A program made the translations under genes and the position numbers. A stretch of 64,000 nucleotides of DNA, taken from Octopus vulgaris (lineage: Eukaryota). Positions within the stretch are counted from its first letter, which is position 1. Every line of letters starts with the position of its first letter. Positions 1 to 11,853 of this stretch are shown here, one piece after another. The stretch is from assembly GCA_951406725.2 (NCBI GenBank), contig OX597816.1:21142001-21206000 (forward strand). Reading direction: 5' to 3'. Under the pieces are notes generated by a model. It saw nothing but the letters and a program-made list of their open reading frames with translations. It made no database searches and had not been told where the DNA came from.

Positions 1-240
1 GCTGCACCGGGCTCTAGTCTGATCTGGCAGTGTTTCTACAGCTGGATGCCCTTCCGAACGCCAACTACTCCATGAGTGTAGTGGGTGCTTTTTATGTGCC
101 ACTGGCACAGGTGCCAGGGGAGGCTAGCAGTGGCCACGATCAATTGGTGCTTTTTATGTGCCACCGGCACAAAAACCAATTGAGGCGGCGCAGGTATCGG
201 CCACATTTGGATGGTGCTTTTTACATGCCACCGGCACAGG
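1..240 (-). mobile_element. SINE-like family D (GTGGCAC sub-repeats, (GAT)n tail), partial
   Basis: Reverse complement of the family D core (TAGGAAGGGCATCCAGCTGTAGAAAC, repeated GGTGGCACRTAAAAAGCACC) seen at 21460-21788. Confidence 0.75.
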
Positions 241-755
241 TATCACAACTACAATTTCCATCTGATTTTTTACTTTGATGTTGATGTACTTGACTCAAAA
301 CGTCTCATCAAGCACAGCAGGTTGCCCTACGATCCAAGGTAAGCACAGCAGGCCGTTCTGCGATCCAAGGTACTTTGGATGGATTGTAACTCTGAATAAG
401 TATATTTATTGATAATCTTGTGTTGATTAATAGAATGTGGAATTAAGCAGACAGAAACTGTACTGGAACCAATTGAAAAGTTCATGAAGCATATCTTGGG
501 CAATATCAATATTTATGTAATCCAAAAGATCACATTATGCAGAACAGCTCACATTCTATGCAAAGTGCTACCAATCAAGTGACAGATTTCCTATAGCACC
601 ATATATAGACCTGGTCTACATAATATAGGAAATAGAGAAGAATCAATAATGATTTCTAATTTAGGCACAAGTGTGTAATGGAATTTGATTTGAGAATGTA
701 AAGGGCTGGATCAATTAATGCAGGGCACTTTCTGACACTAAAAATTCACCATTCT

Positions 756-1234
756 TTAACTTTTTCATTACTGTATTTATTTTGAGATGCTTTGTGTTTC
801 TTTCAATTAATTTTGAATATTATAAAGAATTTAGTAATTATAACTTAGTTATCATTCAGCTAGTGTTAGGAACATAAATTGTGACTAAGGTTTGGTGGAA
901 GATTTTAATTCAAAACTTATGAAAACAAGACATTTGTACTAAGACAGAGGTGGTTTCACCCAGGTTGGTAATGAAAGGGTTAAGAATTGTTACTCTGTTA
1001 TATATTTAAACCCTTTTGTTACCATATTTCTGTTGAGATGTTCAGTGTTTCTTTCAATAAATTTAAAATATAACAAAGAATTTAGTAAAATAACTTAGTT
1101 ATCAATCAGCTAGTGTTAGGTACATAAATTGTGACTAAGCTTTGGTGGAAGATTTTAATTCAAAACTTATGAAAATAAAACATTTATACTCAGAGCCAGA
1201 GGCAGTTTCAGCCAGATTGGTAACAAAAGGGTTA
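756..1234 (-). mobile_element. Dimer of piggyBac-type (TTAA) MITE
   Basis: Two ~225-bp units with CCCT...AGGG ends bounded by TTAA-like sites; same sequence as 6906-7125 and 15437-16379 but in opposite orientation. Confidence 0.8.
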
Positions 1235-1529
1235 ATAATTGTTTCTGATTTAGGCAGTAGGCCAGGAATTATAAGAGGAAAGTATCATTTCTTTTAGCGT
1301 TTATTTATTTCAGTCATTAGATTGTGGCCATGCTGGGGCACCACCTTCAAGAATTTTAGTTGAATGATTCGATTCTAGGACTTTTATTTTAAACTCGGTT
1401 CTTATTCAGTCAGTTTCTTTAGCCAAACTGCTAAGTTACAGGGACGTAAATACACCAACACCAGTTATCAGTCAGTGATGGGGGAACAAACACGGGCATG
1501 AAAACACACACATAGATACATATTTCATA

Positions 1530-1795
1530 ATCATCATCGTTGTTTAACATCCGCTTTCCTTGCTGGCATGGGTTAGATGGTTTGACTGAGTCCACACAAG
1601 ACGCCAATCTGATTTGGCATGGTTTCTATAGCTGGATGCCCTTCCTAACACTAACCACTCTGAGAGTGGAGCCGATGCTTTTTACATGCCACCAGCATGA
1701 GAGCTAGTGAGGTGGCACTGGCGTCGGTGACACTTGAATGGTGCTCTTTATGAACCACCAGCATGGATGCCAGTCAGGTGGCACTGGCAGTCAGG
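1530..1795 (-). mobile_element. SINE-like family D copy
   Basis: (CAT)n tail at left, GCTGGATGCCCTTCCTAAC core and GTGCCAC repeats. Confidence 0.7.
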
Positions 1796-2767
1796 CGACA
1801 CACACACACACACACCTACACATACACGATGGGATTCTTTCAGTTTCCATCTACCAAATCCACTCACAAGGCCTGAGACTATAGTAGAAGACACTTTCCC
1901 AAGGTGCCACACTGTGAAACTGAACCATGTGGCTGGGAAGCAAGCTTCTTACCATACAGCCACATCTATAATCTATAGTATTTCATCTTATTGATCTTAA
2001 AAGGACGAAAGGTAAAACTGATCTTGGTGCAATTAAGCATCCAGTACACTCAGTAAAGTGGTTGTGTGGTGACATAGAAAAAAGCACCCACTACTCTCTT
2101 TTATGTGATTGGAATAAGGAAGGGCATCCAGCCGTAGAAGCCATACCAAAGATGACACTGGAGCTCAATGCAGTCCTACAGATCGTAGGTTCTCTGTCAA
2201 ACCATTCTTCCCATGTCCATATGGAAAGTGGATGTTAAAAGATGCTGATGATGATGAAAATGATGATGATGAATGTAAAAAGACAGAACAAATACTGTGA
2301 ATCATTTTGTTGCCTGATACACTTATCATTCTGTCAGTCGATCACCCTTTAAAATAATTGTTTCTATAATAGGCAAGAAGCCAGGAAAGCCGACTGTGCT
2401 TGGCACCAGTGTTCTCACGGGTCTTATGAACAGAATAAAAACAGCTAGATTAGATAGTGGAATGCATCCTTTCGAATGATTTATGAATTTTAATTATCTT
2501 CCACTACAGCTTGGCACTTTATTTGTTAACCCTGAAAGGATGACATAGAATGTCTGTTGAAATTGAACTCATAATGCACAGCATTGATATGATCATTGCA
2601 CAGCATTGACATCTAGCATTTAACAACTCTGCCAAGTCATCACTGCAAATGAGATATATATATACACTCATAAGTACTCACATACTTGCTCAAATACCTC
2701 CATATGCAAGTAGAAGTGTGTCTGCACATATGTATTTATGTAGGTGTGTGTATATACATATATACAT

Positions 2768-2874
2768 AGGCACAGGAGTGGCTGTGTGGTAAGTATGTTG
2801 CTTACCAACCACATGGTTCTATGTTCAGTCCCACTGCGTAGCATCTTCGGCAAGTGTCTTCTACTATAGCTTCA
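2768..2874 (+). mobile_element. tRNA-derived SINE family A, head fragment
   Basis: A-box-like TGGCTGTGTGG and B-box-like GTTCAGTCCC; truncated against an inverted copy. Confidence 0.8.
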
Positions 2875-3057
2875 GCCATGCTGGAGCACCACCTTTAGTA
2901 AAGCAAATCGACTCCAGGACTTATTCTTTGGAAGCCTAGTACTTATTCTATCAGTCTCTTTCGCCGAATTGCTAAGTTACAGGGATGTAAACACACCAGC
3001 ATCGGTTGTCAAGTGATGTTAGTGGGGGACAAACACAGACACACAAGCTTATACACA

Positions 3058-3107
<50 letters not shown>

Positions 3108-3429
3108 TATGACGGGCTTCGTTCAGTTTCCGTCTACCAAATCCACTCACAAGGCTTTGGTCAGCCTGAGGTTATAGTAGAAGACACTTGCCCAAGGTGC
3201 CACGTAATGGGACTGAACCCAGCCCGGAACCATATGGTTGGTAAGCCAGCTATTTATACATATATATGATGGGCTTCTTTCAGTTTCCGTGTACCAAATC
3301 CACTCACAAGGCTTTGGCCGGCCTGAGGCTATAGTAGAAGACACTTGCCCAAGGTGCCACGCAATGGGACTGAACCCAGCCCCGAAACATGTGGTTGGTA
3401 AGCAAGCTATTTATATATATATATGATGA

Positions 3430-3475
<46 letters not shown>

Positions 3476-3637
3476 CTTCTTTCAGTTTCTGTCTACCAAA
3501 TGCAGTCACAAGGCTTTGGTCATCCCGAGGCTATAGTAGAAGACAGTTGCCCAAGGTGCCACGCAGTGGGAATGAACCCGGCCCAGAACCATGTGGTTGG
3601 TAAGCCAGCTACTTACCACACAGCCACTCCTGCGCCT
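2875..3637 (-). mobile_element. SINE family A with triplicated 5' segment
   Basis: Tail and body, followed by three tandem copies of the head-proximal ~150 bp separated by (TA)n. Confidence 0.85.
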
Positions 3638-4180
3638 ATTGCATACATTATTTTTAAAACGTTCTTTCTAACAGAGGAAAAAATATATACAAGTTTTGTT
3701 GCACATATATGTGCACATGTGGCCATCATGCCATATGGTGGCTTGGCTAAATTGCATAACCATTGCTGCTTACTGTTGACTATTATTTATCTTAACTTTC
3801 ATTCAGTCATTCTAGCTAAAAGATAAATGCCACTTTTTTCATTATACTTCATTAGTTATCCTTATTAAAATTTGTTCATCTGTGAAATACTTGTTCAATT
3901 AATTAATTGATGAAAATGTCTAAATTTTCAAGATCATTAATCCATGTTTACTATAAACAATTGTTGCATAACAACAGAAAAATATGAACAGAAATGAAAA
4001 AAGTAAAATATAGAATAAATATATAAAAAATAAAAATAATAATAATAATAATAATAATGATAATAATAATAATAATAGTGCCTGGTGTACCCTTATCAGA
4101 CGGGTAGTCATGATGGGTATATTGGGCTTCGTATATTTTACCCCAGTGTCACTTTGATGGCATGAACTGCTCTCTCACTC

Positions 4181-4190
4181 AATAATAATA

Positions 4191-4237
<47 letters not shown>

Positions 4238-4251
4238 GGTGGTGATGATGA

Positions 4252-4283
<32 letters not shown>

Positions 4284-4335
4284 TTGGTGGTGGTGGTGGT
4301 GGTGATGATGAGGAGGAGGAGGATAATAATAATAA
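4181..4335. repeat. Compound trinucleotide microsatellite (AAT/GAT/GGT/GAG)
   Basis: Directly visible. Confidence 0.95.
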
Positions 4336-4498
4336 ATGAACTGCAGTTAGGTAGATATAGAATTTCATTTTAGTGTATGTTTATTCATGAAAATAAATAT
4401 TTACCTTGTGTAATAGATAATATTTATTGTATGGTGTAATAAAGTTCAATTTGGAATGCTGGTAGTAGAGTTACTGCAAGACTTAAGACAAACTTGAT

Positions 4499-5143
4499 TG
4501 AAGAAGGAGAAGGAGAAGAAGAAGAAGAAGAAGAAGAAGAAGAAGAAGAAGAAGAAGAAGAAGAAGAAGAAGAAGAAGAAGAAGAAGAAGAAGAAGAAGA
4601 AGAAGAAGAAGAAGAAAAAGGAGGGGAGGAGGGGAGGGGGAGGAGAAATGGAAGAAGGATAATAAGGAGGAGGAGGAGGAGGAAAAGGGGAAGGAGAAGA
4701 AGAAGGAGGCAGAGGATGATGATGAGGAGGAGGAGGAGGGGGCGGAGGAGAAGAAGAAAAAGAAGAAGGAGATGAAAGAGGAGGAGGATTTGGAGGAGGA
4801 AAAGGAGAAGAGGAAGAAGAAGAAGGAGAAGAAAGAGGAGGAGGATTTGGAGGAGGAAAAGGAGAAGAAGAAGAAGAAGAAGGAGAAGAAAGAGGAGGAG
4901 GATTTGGAGGAGGAAAAGGAGAAGAGGAAGAAGAAGAAGGAGAAGAAAGAGGAGGAGGATTTGGAGGAGGAAAAGGAGAAGGGGAAGAAGAAGAAGGAGA
5001 AGAAAGAGGAGGAGGATTTGGAGGAGGAAAAGGAGAAGAGGAAGAAGAAGAAGAAGAAGAAGAAGAAGAAGAAGAAGAAGAAGAAGAAGAAGAAGAAGAA
5101 GAAGAAGAAAAAGCAGCAGCAGCGGCAGCAGCAGCAGCAACAA
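4499..5143. repeat. Polypurine tract: (GAA)n, 57-bp minisatellite x5, (GAA)n, (CAG)n
   Basis: Units GAAAGAGGAGGAGGATTTGGAGG... start at about 4774, 4831, 4888, 4945 and 5002. Confidence 0.95.
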
Positions 5144-5694
5144 TTTCCAGGATTTTTAAAGGAACCGATCAACTCTTTCTTGGATTCATTGATTTTTACC
5201 AAAATGAAAAATGGACTCTTCTATCAGAACAAAGAATAATTCTGAAGAAACGTTAATCCCCAAATTCCAACTCTGTTGCATTTACTTATTTCAGATGAAA
5301 AGGAATTCAGCTTGGTATCAGTGGTTTTTCTGGCATTTGTGTGAGAAATTGTCTAAAGCGAAATAAAAGTAATATTAAAGGCCGTATGAAAACTGGCTTG
5401 TAAGATCCGTTGGATTATTTCTATATTGCAAGGGTGATTGAGTGTTTTGCATGCAGTTGGTTATTTGTGGATTGGATAGAAATAGACAGAAGGGGTTCTT
5501 TTATCGTTGTTTCAGTCTGAAGGAAGAGAATGTGCTTGTGGCTTTTGCAGGCTCTCTCAGACTGGTATGATTGATGCATTGCAAATTCTTGTTGAATAAT
5601 TTCAAGTCGAAAACTTCGGAAATAAATGTGCAAGTATGTATTCCAAAATGTTGCTAGTCTGAAAAAGTAAGATTGGGTATATTGGTTGATGTTA

Positions 5695-5992
5695 CGTGAC
5701 CGACCAGGCTATCAGATGTTGCTACACATCGCTGGTCACAATGCACTTCACATTGTTTTAGCCTTGAAATGACGCCACTCTGCTGGCTAAGTGCGCAGGC
5801 CAACAGAAGAAAGAGTGAGAGAAAGTTGTGGCAAAAGAGTACAGCAGGGATCGCCACTCCGCCCCTGCCAGAGCCTCGTGGAGCTTTAGGTGTTTTCGCT
5901 CAAGAAACACTCACAACACCCGGTCTGGGAATCGAAACTGTGATCCTACGACCGCGAGTCCGCTGCCCTAACCACTAGGCCCTTGTGCCTCC
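5695..5992 (-). mobile_element. tRNA(Arg)-like-headed SINE family C
   Basis: The reverse complement has a tRNA-like head (TAGTGGTTAGGGCAGCGGACTCGCGG...GTTTCGATTCCC); copies at 6021 and 43771. Confidence 0.85.
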
Positions 5993-6020
5993 ACACACAC
6001 ACACACATATATATATATAT

Positions 6021-6320
6021 CACCGTGACCGACCAGGCTGTCAGATGTTGTAACACATCGCTGGTCACAATGTGCTTCACATTGTTTTAGCCTTCAAATG
6101 ACGCCACCCCGCTGGCTAAGCGAGCAGGCCAACAGAAGAAAGAGTGAGAGAAAGTTGCGGTGAAAGAGTACAGCAGGGATTGCCACAACCTTCTGCCAAA
6201 GCCTTGTGGAGCTTTAGGTGTTTTCACTCAATAAACACTCACAACGCACAATCTGGGAATCGAAACCGCGATCCTACGACTGCAAGTTTGCTGCCCTAAC
6301 CGCTGGGCCATTGTGCCTCC
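6021..6320 (-). mobile_element. SINE family C, tandem second copy
   Basis: Near-identical to 5695-5992 and separated from it by (CA)n(TA)n. Confidence 0.85.
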
Positions 6321-6905
6321 AGATGTTGGTTGATGTAATGGTTGGGAAGTGGATACAACATGGATAACAAATGGAGAAAAGATGGCTGAGTAGAAAGGTC
6401 TTAAGTTGAGGTGGCACAAGATGAAAATAGTCAGCTCCTAGAAGGAAAGACAATTGTAATAGTGATAGAAACCACAGAATGAGGAGATAGTATATTTATA
6501 GTGCAGAGGTTAGAGTTAAGATATAACATGTCCATGGGGTGAATAGATGGCACATCTACAGGCCAGGCTTAAAGTGTGTTCATGAGTAACTTCATGTGAG
6601 CCAATCCTGTGGTCATTTAATGGACAAGGTCCTGAAATGCTGTCCTAAATAAATGCTAGTTTCTTGCGTGGTAGCAGAAGGTTCCAGGACTAGTTCTGTA
6701 GTGCACCAACAGGTTGTCAGCAAATGGTTGAATGCACAGTGAGAGCTAGCAGTGACTTTCATGAGGCAGTGAGTTGAGTGACATCGATGTGTTTACCTCG
6801 CAAGTTGGGAAATTCGTGTTTTTGTGATCAGATGTATGCTGTAGTCTGTGATTGTATCATGGACAGGAAGTTTGAACAAAGAGCCAACATGAAATTTTGT
6901 TTTAA

Positions 6906-7125
6906 CCCTTTCATTACCAACCCGACTGAAACTGGCTCTGGCTCTGAGTACAAATGTCTTGTTTTCATAAGTTTTGAATTAAAATCTTCCACCAAACATT
7001 AGTCACAATTTATGTTCCTAATACTAACTGAATGGTAACTAAGTTATTTTACTAAATTCTTTGTTATATTCAAAGTAATTGAAAGAAACACAGAGCGTCT
7101 CAAAATAAATACAGTAATGAAAGGG
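6906..7125 (+). mobile_element. piggyBac-type MITE inserted in the mariner
   Basis: TTAA|CCCTTTCATTAC ... GTAATGAAAGGG|TTCA; splits the mariner N-terminal coding sequence. Confidence 0.85.
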
Positions 7126-7430
7126 TTCAATTTGGGAAGTCTGCATCAATGACATTGAGCATGCTTTGGTAAGCTTATGGTGACCAGGTAATGGGTTGTA
7201 CATAGTGTTTTGTGTGGCATGGGCACTTCAAAAACAGAAGAAAATCCACGGAAGATGATGAGCGATCTGGAAGAGTTGCCACAAGTGTCATCCCTGGAAA
7301 TATAGAGAGAATTCATCAGCTTGTGTATGAGGATCGTTGGAAGATAATCAACAATATTACTAATGTTGTAGATCTCTCATATGGGTCTATGCAGGCAATC
7401 CTAATGTCTGAATCAAATGTGCAACACATA

Positions 7431-7652
7431 CTCTTTTACTCTTTTACTTGTTTCAGTCATTTGACTGCGGCCATGCTGGAGCACCGCCTTTCAGTCAAGC
7501 AAATCGACCCCGGGACTTATTCTTTGTAAGCCCAGTACTTATTCTATCGGTCTCTTTTGCCAAACTGCTAAGTGACGGGGACGTAAACACACCAGCATCG
7601 GTTGTCAAGCAATGCTAGGGGGACAAACAAAGACACACAAACACATACACAT

Positions 7653-7706
<54 letters not shown>

Positions 7707-7869
7707 GACAGGCTTCTTTCAGTTTCCGTCTACCAAATCCACTCACAAGGCATTGGTCGGCCCGGGGCTATAGCAGAAGACACTTGCCCAAGATGCCACG
7801 CAGTGGGACTGAACCCGGAACCATGTGGTTGGTTAGCAAGCTACTTACCACACAGCCACTCCTGCGCCT
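7431..7869 (-). mobile_element. SINE family A, full length, inserted in the mariner
   Basis: Complete head, internal (CA)/(TA) microsatellite and (GTAAAAGA)n tail. Confidence 0.92.
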
Positions 7870-8490
7870 CAGCCAACTTTAACCCCCATTCTGCCTGCTG
7901 ATCCCTGAGCAGAAAGAACATTTCATTTAGGTATGTCAAGATCTCCATCATCCACTCACAAGCCATTCTTCATATCGACGATCACTGTTGATGAGAACTG
8001 GGTCTATGGGTACGACTTTGAGAAAGAGCAGCTGTCGTCATAATGGAAGAGCCCTTCATCCCCATGACCAAAGCAGGCATGGCAGAGCTGTAGCCTAATC
8101 AACGGAAAGCTTACCATTTCTTTGACATTCACAGTATTGTGCATCAAGAATTCATCCCCAGAGCCAGACCATCAATTGAGAGTTCTACTGCAATGTTTTG
8201 AAGCATTTGAGGAAGGACATTTTGATTTGTGGAGTGCAAAGAACTGGATTCTTCGTAATGACAATACACCCTGTCCCTGAACTCTCCACTCTTGTGGGTG
8301 TCTCACCAAAAACATGGAATCCCTTCAGCACCCACCCTATTCACCTGATTTAACATGTACAGACTTCCATCTCTTCCCTAAGTTGAAAATATAACTCAAA
8401 GGTCTCCATTTTAATACCAGTGGCGAGATCCATAGCAAATCATAGAAGATCCTCATCTCGCTTACGAAAGACAACTTCTTAGCTGGATTC

Positions 8491-8650
8491 TATTGAGTTG
8501 TCCGGAAAGTTCATGCTGATGTATAGTAGCTTACCTTTCGACTTTACAACATAGTTGAGTCCATAAAATAGGATTTGACTACACCTCTATTTAGAGCACA
8601 GTTTAAGCTATCTTTTCGTGGAAGAAGGTTTACACTTCTATAACCTGTGT
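8491..8650 (+). mobile_element. 5' end of a mariner (same family as 46605-47170)
   Basis: TA+TTGAGTTGTCCGGAAAGTTC TIR; the leader matches the reverse complement of 47010-47170. Confidence 0.8.
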
Positions 8651-8769
8651 ATTTATATCTGCATATATGTGTGTGCATGCATGTATATATAATAAATATT
8701 TCGTATGTGTATGCATATATATGTACATGTGTATATATGTTTATATGTATTGAACTGAAAACCTGTAGA

Positions 8770-9131
8770 ATCAAGTGAAATTGTAGTCATGGCTGATGCT
8801 AGTGCTGTCTAACTGGCACCCATGCTAGTGGCATTCAAATGTTGGGGCCTCATGGGGGCAGTGACAGTGACAGGTGATCAAGACCTTTGACAATATACCA
8901 CGGTTGTGTAGACCTGTCAAACCAAGCAAGACCCTAGTCGTGGCCAATGCTGGAGGCATGTGAAAAGCACCCACTATACTCTCAGAGTGGCTGGCATTAA
9001 GAAGGGCATCCAGCTATGGAAACCATGCCAAATCAGATTGGAACATGGTGCAGCCCCACTGGATTACCAGTTTTCAGTCAAACCATCTGACACATGCCAG
9101 CATAGAAAGAGGACGTTAACTGATGATGATG
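8770..9131 (+). mobile_element. SINE-like family D copy
   Basis: GAAGGGCATCCAGCT core; ends in GGACGTTAA...(GAT)n. Confidence 0.7.
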
Positions 9132-9134
9132 GCA

Positions 9135-9356
9135 TTTCTTTATTACCCACAAAGGGCTAAACACAGAGAGGACAAACAAGGACAGACAAACGGATTAAGT
9201 CAATTATATCGACCCCAGTGCGTAACTGGTACTTATTTAATCGACCCCGAAAGATTGAAAGGCAAAGTTGACCTCATCGGAATTTGAACTCAGAACGTAA
9301 AGGCAGACGAAATACCACTAAGCATTTCACCCGGCGTGCTAACAATTCTGCCAGTT
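9135..9356 (-). mobile_element. tRNA-derived SINE family B
   Basis: B-box GAGTTCAAATTCC and central CTTTGCCTTTCA..CTTTCGGGGTCGAT domain on the minus strand. Confidence 0.85.
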
Positions 9357-9903
9357 CATACCGGAGTTGGTGAAATCATCTAATCTCTCCTCTGAAATTA
9401 CTGGCCTTGTGCCAAAATTTGAAATCAATATCTTATGCCCTTAACCCATTGCCTGCTATGATTCCTATTTGGGGATCTGCTAAAAAAAAGTCTCACTGCT
9501 GGTTGTTCGTTGTATTTAAACTGAATTGTTTCTGTACATTACATTTGCCGAGGTATGTTTAACAATATTTAGTAGTTAAAGTCTGTCATTATTAGCTCTG
9601 GCTAATTCCAGAGGACATTTTATGTCATAAATCGCAATTTTTGAACTACAAGAATATTGACTGTTTTGAAAACGTTTTATTTTTTGAATTTGTGTGCATT
9701 TCCCATCCATGTCATTCACAGATATTTCACACAAATTTACATTTGATACAATAGTTTTAAAAAAAACGCTGAAATGTTTATTATTGCAATTAAATAGAAA
9801 AGGATAAATATGCTTTTTTCCAGCAATCCCGATTTGAGACTTGTCAAAAAACTTTATCATAATTTCCAAAATAATTCACATATGAAGAAAATTTAAATAC
9901 TAT

Positions 9904-10313
9904 AGGCATAGGAGTGGCTGTGTGGTAAGCAGCTTGCTTATCAACCACATGGTTCCGGGTTTAGTCCCACTGCGTGGCACCTTAAGCAAGTGTCTTCTAC
10001 TATAGCCCCGAGCCAACCAAAGCCTTGTGAGTGGATTTGGTAGACAGAAACTGAAAGAAGCCTGTCGTATATATATATATGTTTATATAAGTGTTTGTGT
10101 GTTTGTGTTTGTCCCCACAACATCGCATGACAACAGATGCTGGTTTGTTTACGTCCCTGTAAATCAGCGGTTTGGCAAAAGAGACCGATAGAATAAGTAC
10201 TAGACTTACAAAGAATAAGTCCTCGGGTCGATTTGCTTGACTAAAGGCGGTGCTCCAGCATGGCCACAGTCAAAGGACTGAAACAAGTAAAAGAGTAAAA
10301 GAGTAAAGAGTAA
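9904..10313 (+). mobile_element. SINE family A, full length
   Basis: Head, internal microsatellite and (GTAAAAGA)n tail. Confidence 0.92.
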
Positions 10314-11068
10314 AAATATCTAAATAATCTTAATTTTTTTCTTTTTAGTACCGAAATGAAAAATATACTTTACATAGTAGAAAATATACTTCACATTGAA
10401 GAATAGTCATCTTAGAGCTTTTCTACTGCTCCATAGAATATACTATCTCAAAGACTGCCTTGGTTCCATGCTATTATCTATTCCAATGCTCAGTTATAGC
10501 AGCTAAAAATAAACACTACCTCCACTTCATACTTCATTACTTAGCCTTATTAAAATTTATCCACCTGTGAAATATGTCTTCTATTAATGGACGAATATAT
10601 CTAGATTTTCAACACCATTAAATCCATGTTTGGCTGCAAACATTGTGTGCAAACCCAGCAATAAAACAAATTTATATAATTAAAAAGAAAAACAAAAATG
10701 AATAAATTTACTCTCAGTTAAAAATAGAATTTATCTTGGAGCATGTCTGTTCTGTTATTTTGTGAATAATATTTACTTAGTGAAATTTGTCTTGCAGGAC
10801 TACTACAGCAAAACAGACGAGACACTACAATCTTTATTTGTTAAATGTAAACAGAAAATGCAGCAGAGAAATTTTCTATGCTTTCACTTAAAACATTTGC
10901 TAGACAATAGCAAAACTGGTCGTACAAATTTTGTGTTTTATTTGCTTTGAAATTCACATTTCCATCTCTTCTATTAACTCAAAGTATAAGTTGCTTTTTT
11001 TTTTTTTTTCATTTTAATTACTCTGTTTGGCTATGGTTAACTTTCCTGAGCATCTTGCATACACAACA

Positions 11069-11308
11069 CATATGTGTGTATGTGTGTGTATGTGTGTGTA
11101 TGTGTGTGATGTGTGTACATATATATATATGCGTGTGTGTGTGTATATATATATATATGTGTGTGTGTGTACATATGTGTGTGTGTATGTGTGTGTATAT
11201 ATATGTGTGTGTATATATGTGTGTGTGTATGTGTGTGTATATATATGTGTGTGTATGTGTGTGTATATATATATATGTATGTATATATATATATATATAT
11301 GTATATAC

Positions 11309-11339
<31 letters not shown>
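11069..11339. repeat. (TG)/(TA) compound microsatellite
   Basis: Directly visible. Confidence 0.95.
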
Positions 11340-11839
11340 AAACTCTAGTTGTGTGAGTGCCTGTCCCCTTCGATTTAGATTCCTAACTCCTCCCACATTT
11401 TGCGGTGCAGTTTAACCAAATTCGGGTATCTTATAGTCGTGATTCATATCGAGCCCGTGTGACTATTACCGCGCGTCAACGATGAGTCTACGATTTTAAA
11501 AATAATTTAACATCATTTTTTATTCCATTTTAATGCATAAAATGCATCGTGTGTCGATGGCGGCGGAGTTGGCGTCCACGCTCACAGCTGCACCTGTTTG
11601 CTTCTCCCCCTTCCCTCCCTCGTGAAGCTGTGGGGAAGGGAGTGTAAAGAAATCAACGTCGTAATGCGTTGTGAAGGAGACCAGCGTTCTTTTAGAACAA
11701 CGACTTCATGGCTCGAAGACACCAAAACAAAAATGGCTAAGAAAGCCCGAATTGGCATCTATAAGGGAAGTAACTCTCTAAAAATGCTTATATAGTTATT
11801 TCCCTTACAAACCCGAGCAACGCCGGGCGATACTGCTAG
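11331..11839 (+). mobile_element. Non-autonomous Helitron-like element
   Basis: 3' hairpin CCCGAGCAACGCCGGG followed by CTAG|T; the last ~70 bp are shared with 32324-32706; the 5' end is lost in (TA)n. Confidence 0.75.
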
Positions 11840-11853
11840 TATATATATATATA

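Larger units (their letters stand above)
6859..8490 (+). pseudogene. Decayed mariner (DD34D) transposase interrupted by a MITE and a SINE
   Basis: Fragments MDRKFEQRANMKFCF, EDDERSGR, ITVDENWVYGYD and HPPYSPDL..DFHLFPKLK, with stops and frameshifts. Confidence 0.9.

Noticed and set aside
4138-5239. Long poly-L/F/S/E/K ORFs (up to 239 aa)
   Set aside because: Produced by trinucleotide and purine repeats that lack stops; no coding evidence.
7602-7901. Recurrent peptide [38 protein letters not shown] in many ORFs
   Set aside because: Antisense translation of the SINE A head, not a gene family.
10947-11396. Stacked YI/CV/HT-rich ORFs here and at 18.2, 29.5, 43.5 and 59.0 kb
   Set aside because: Translations of (TA)n/(TG)n microsatellites.
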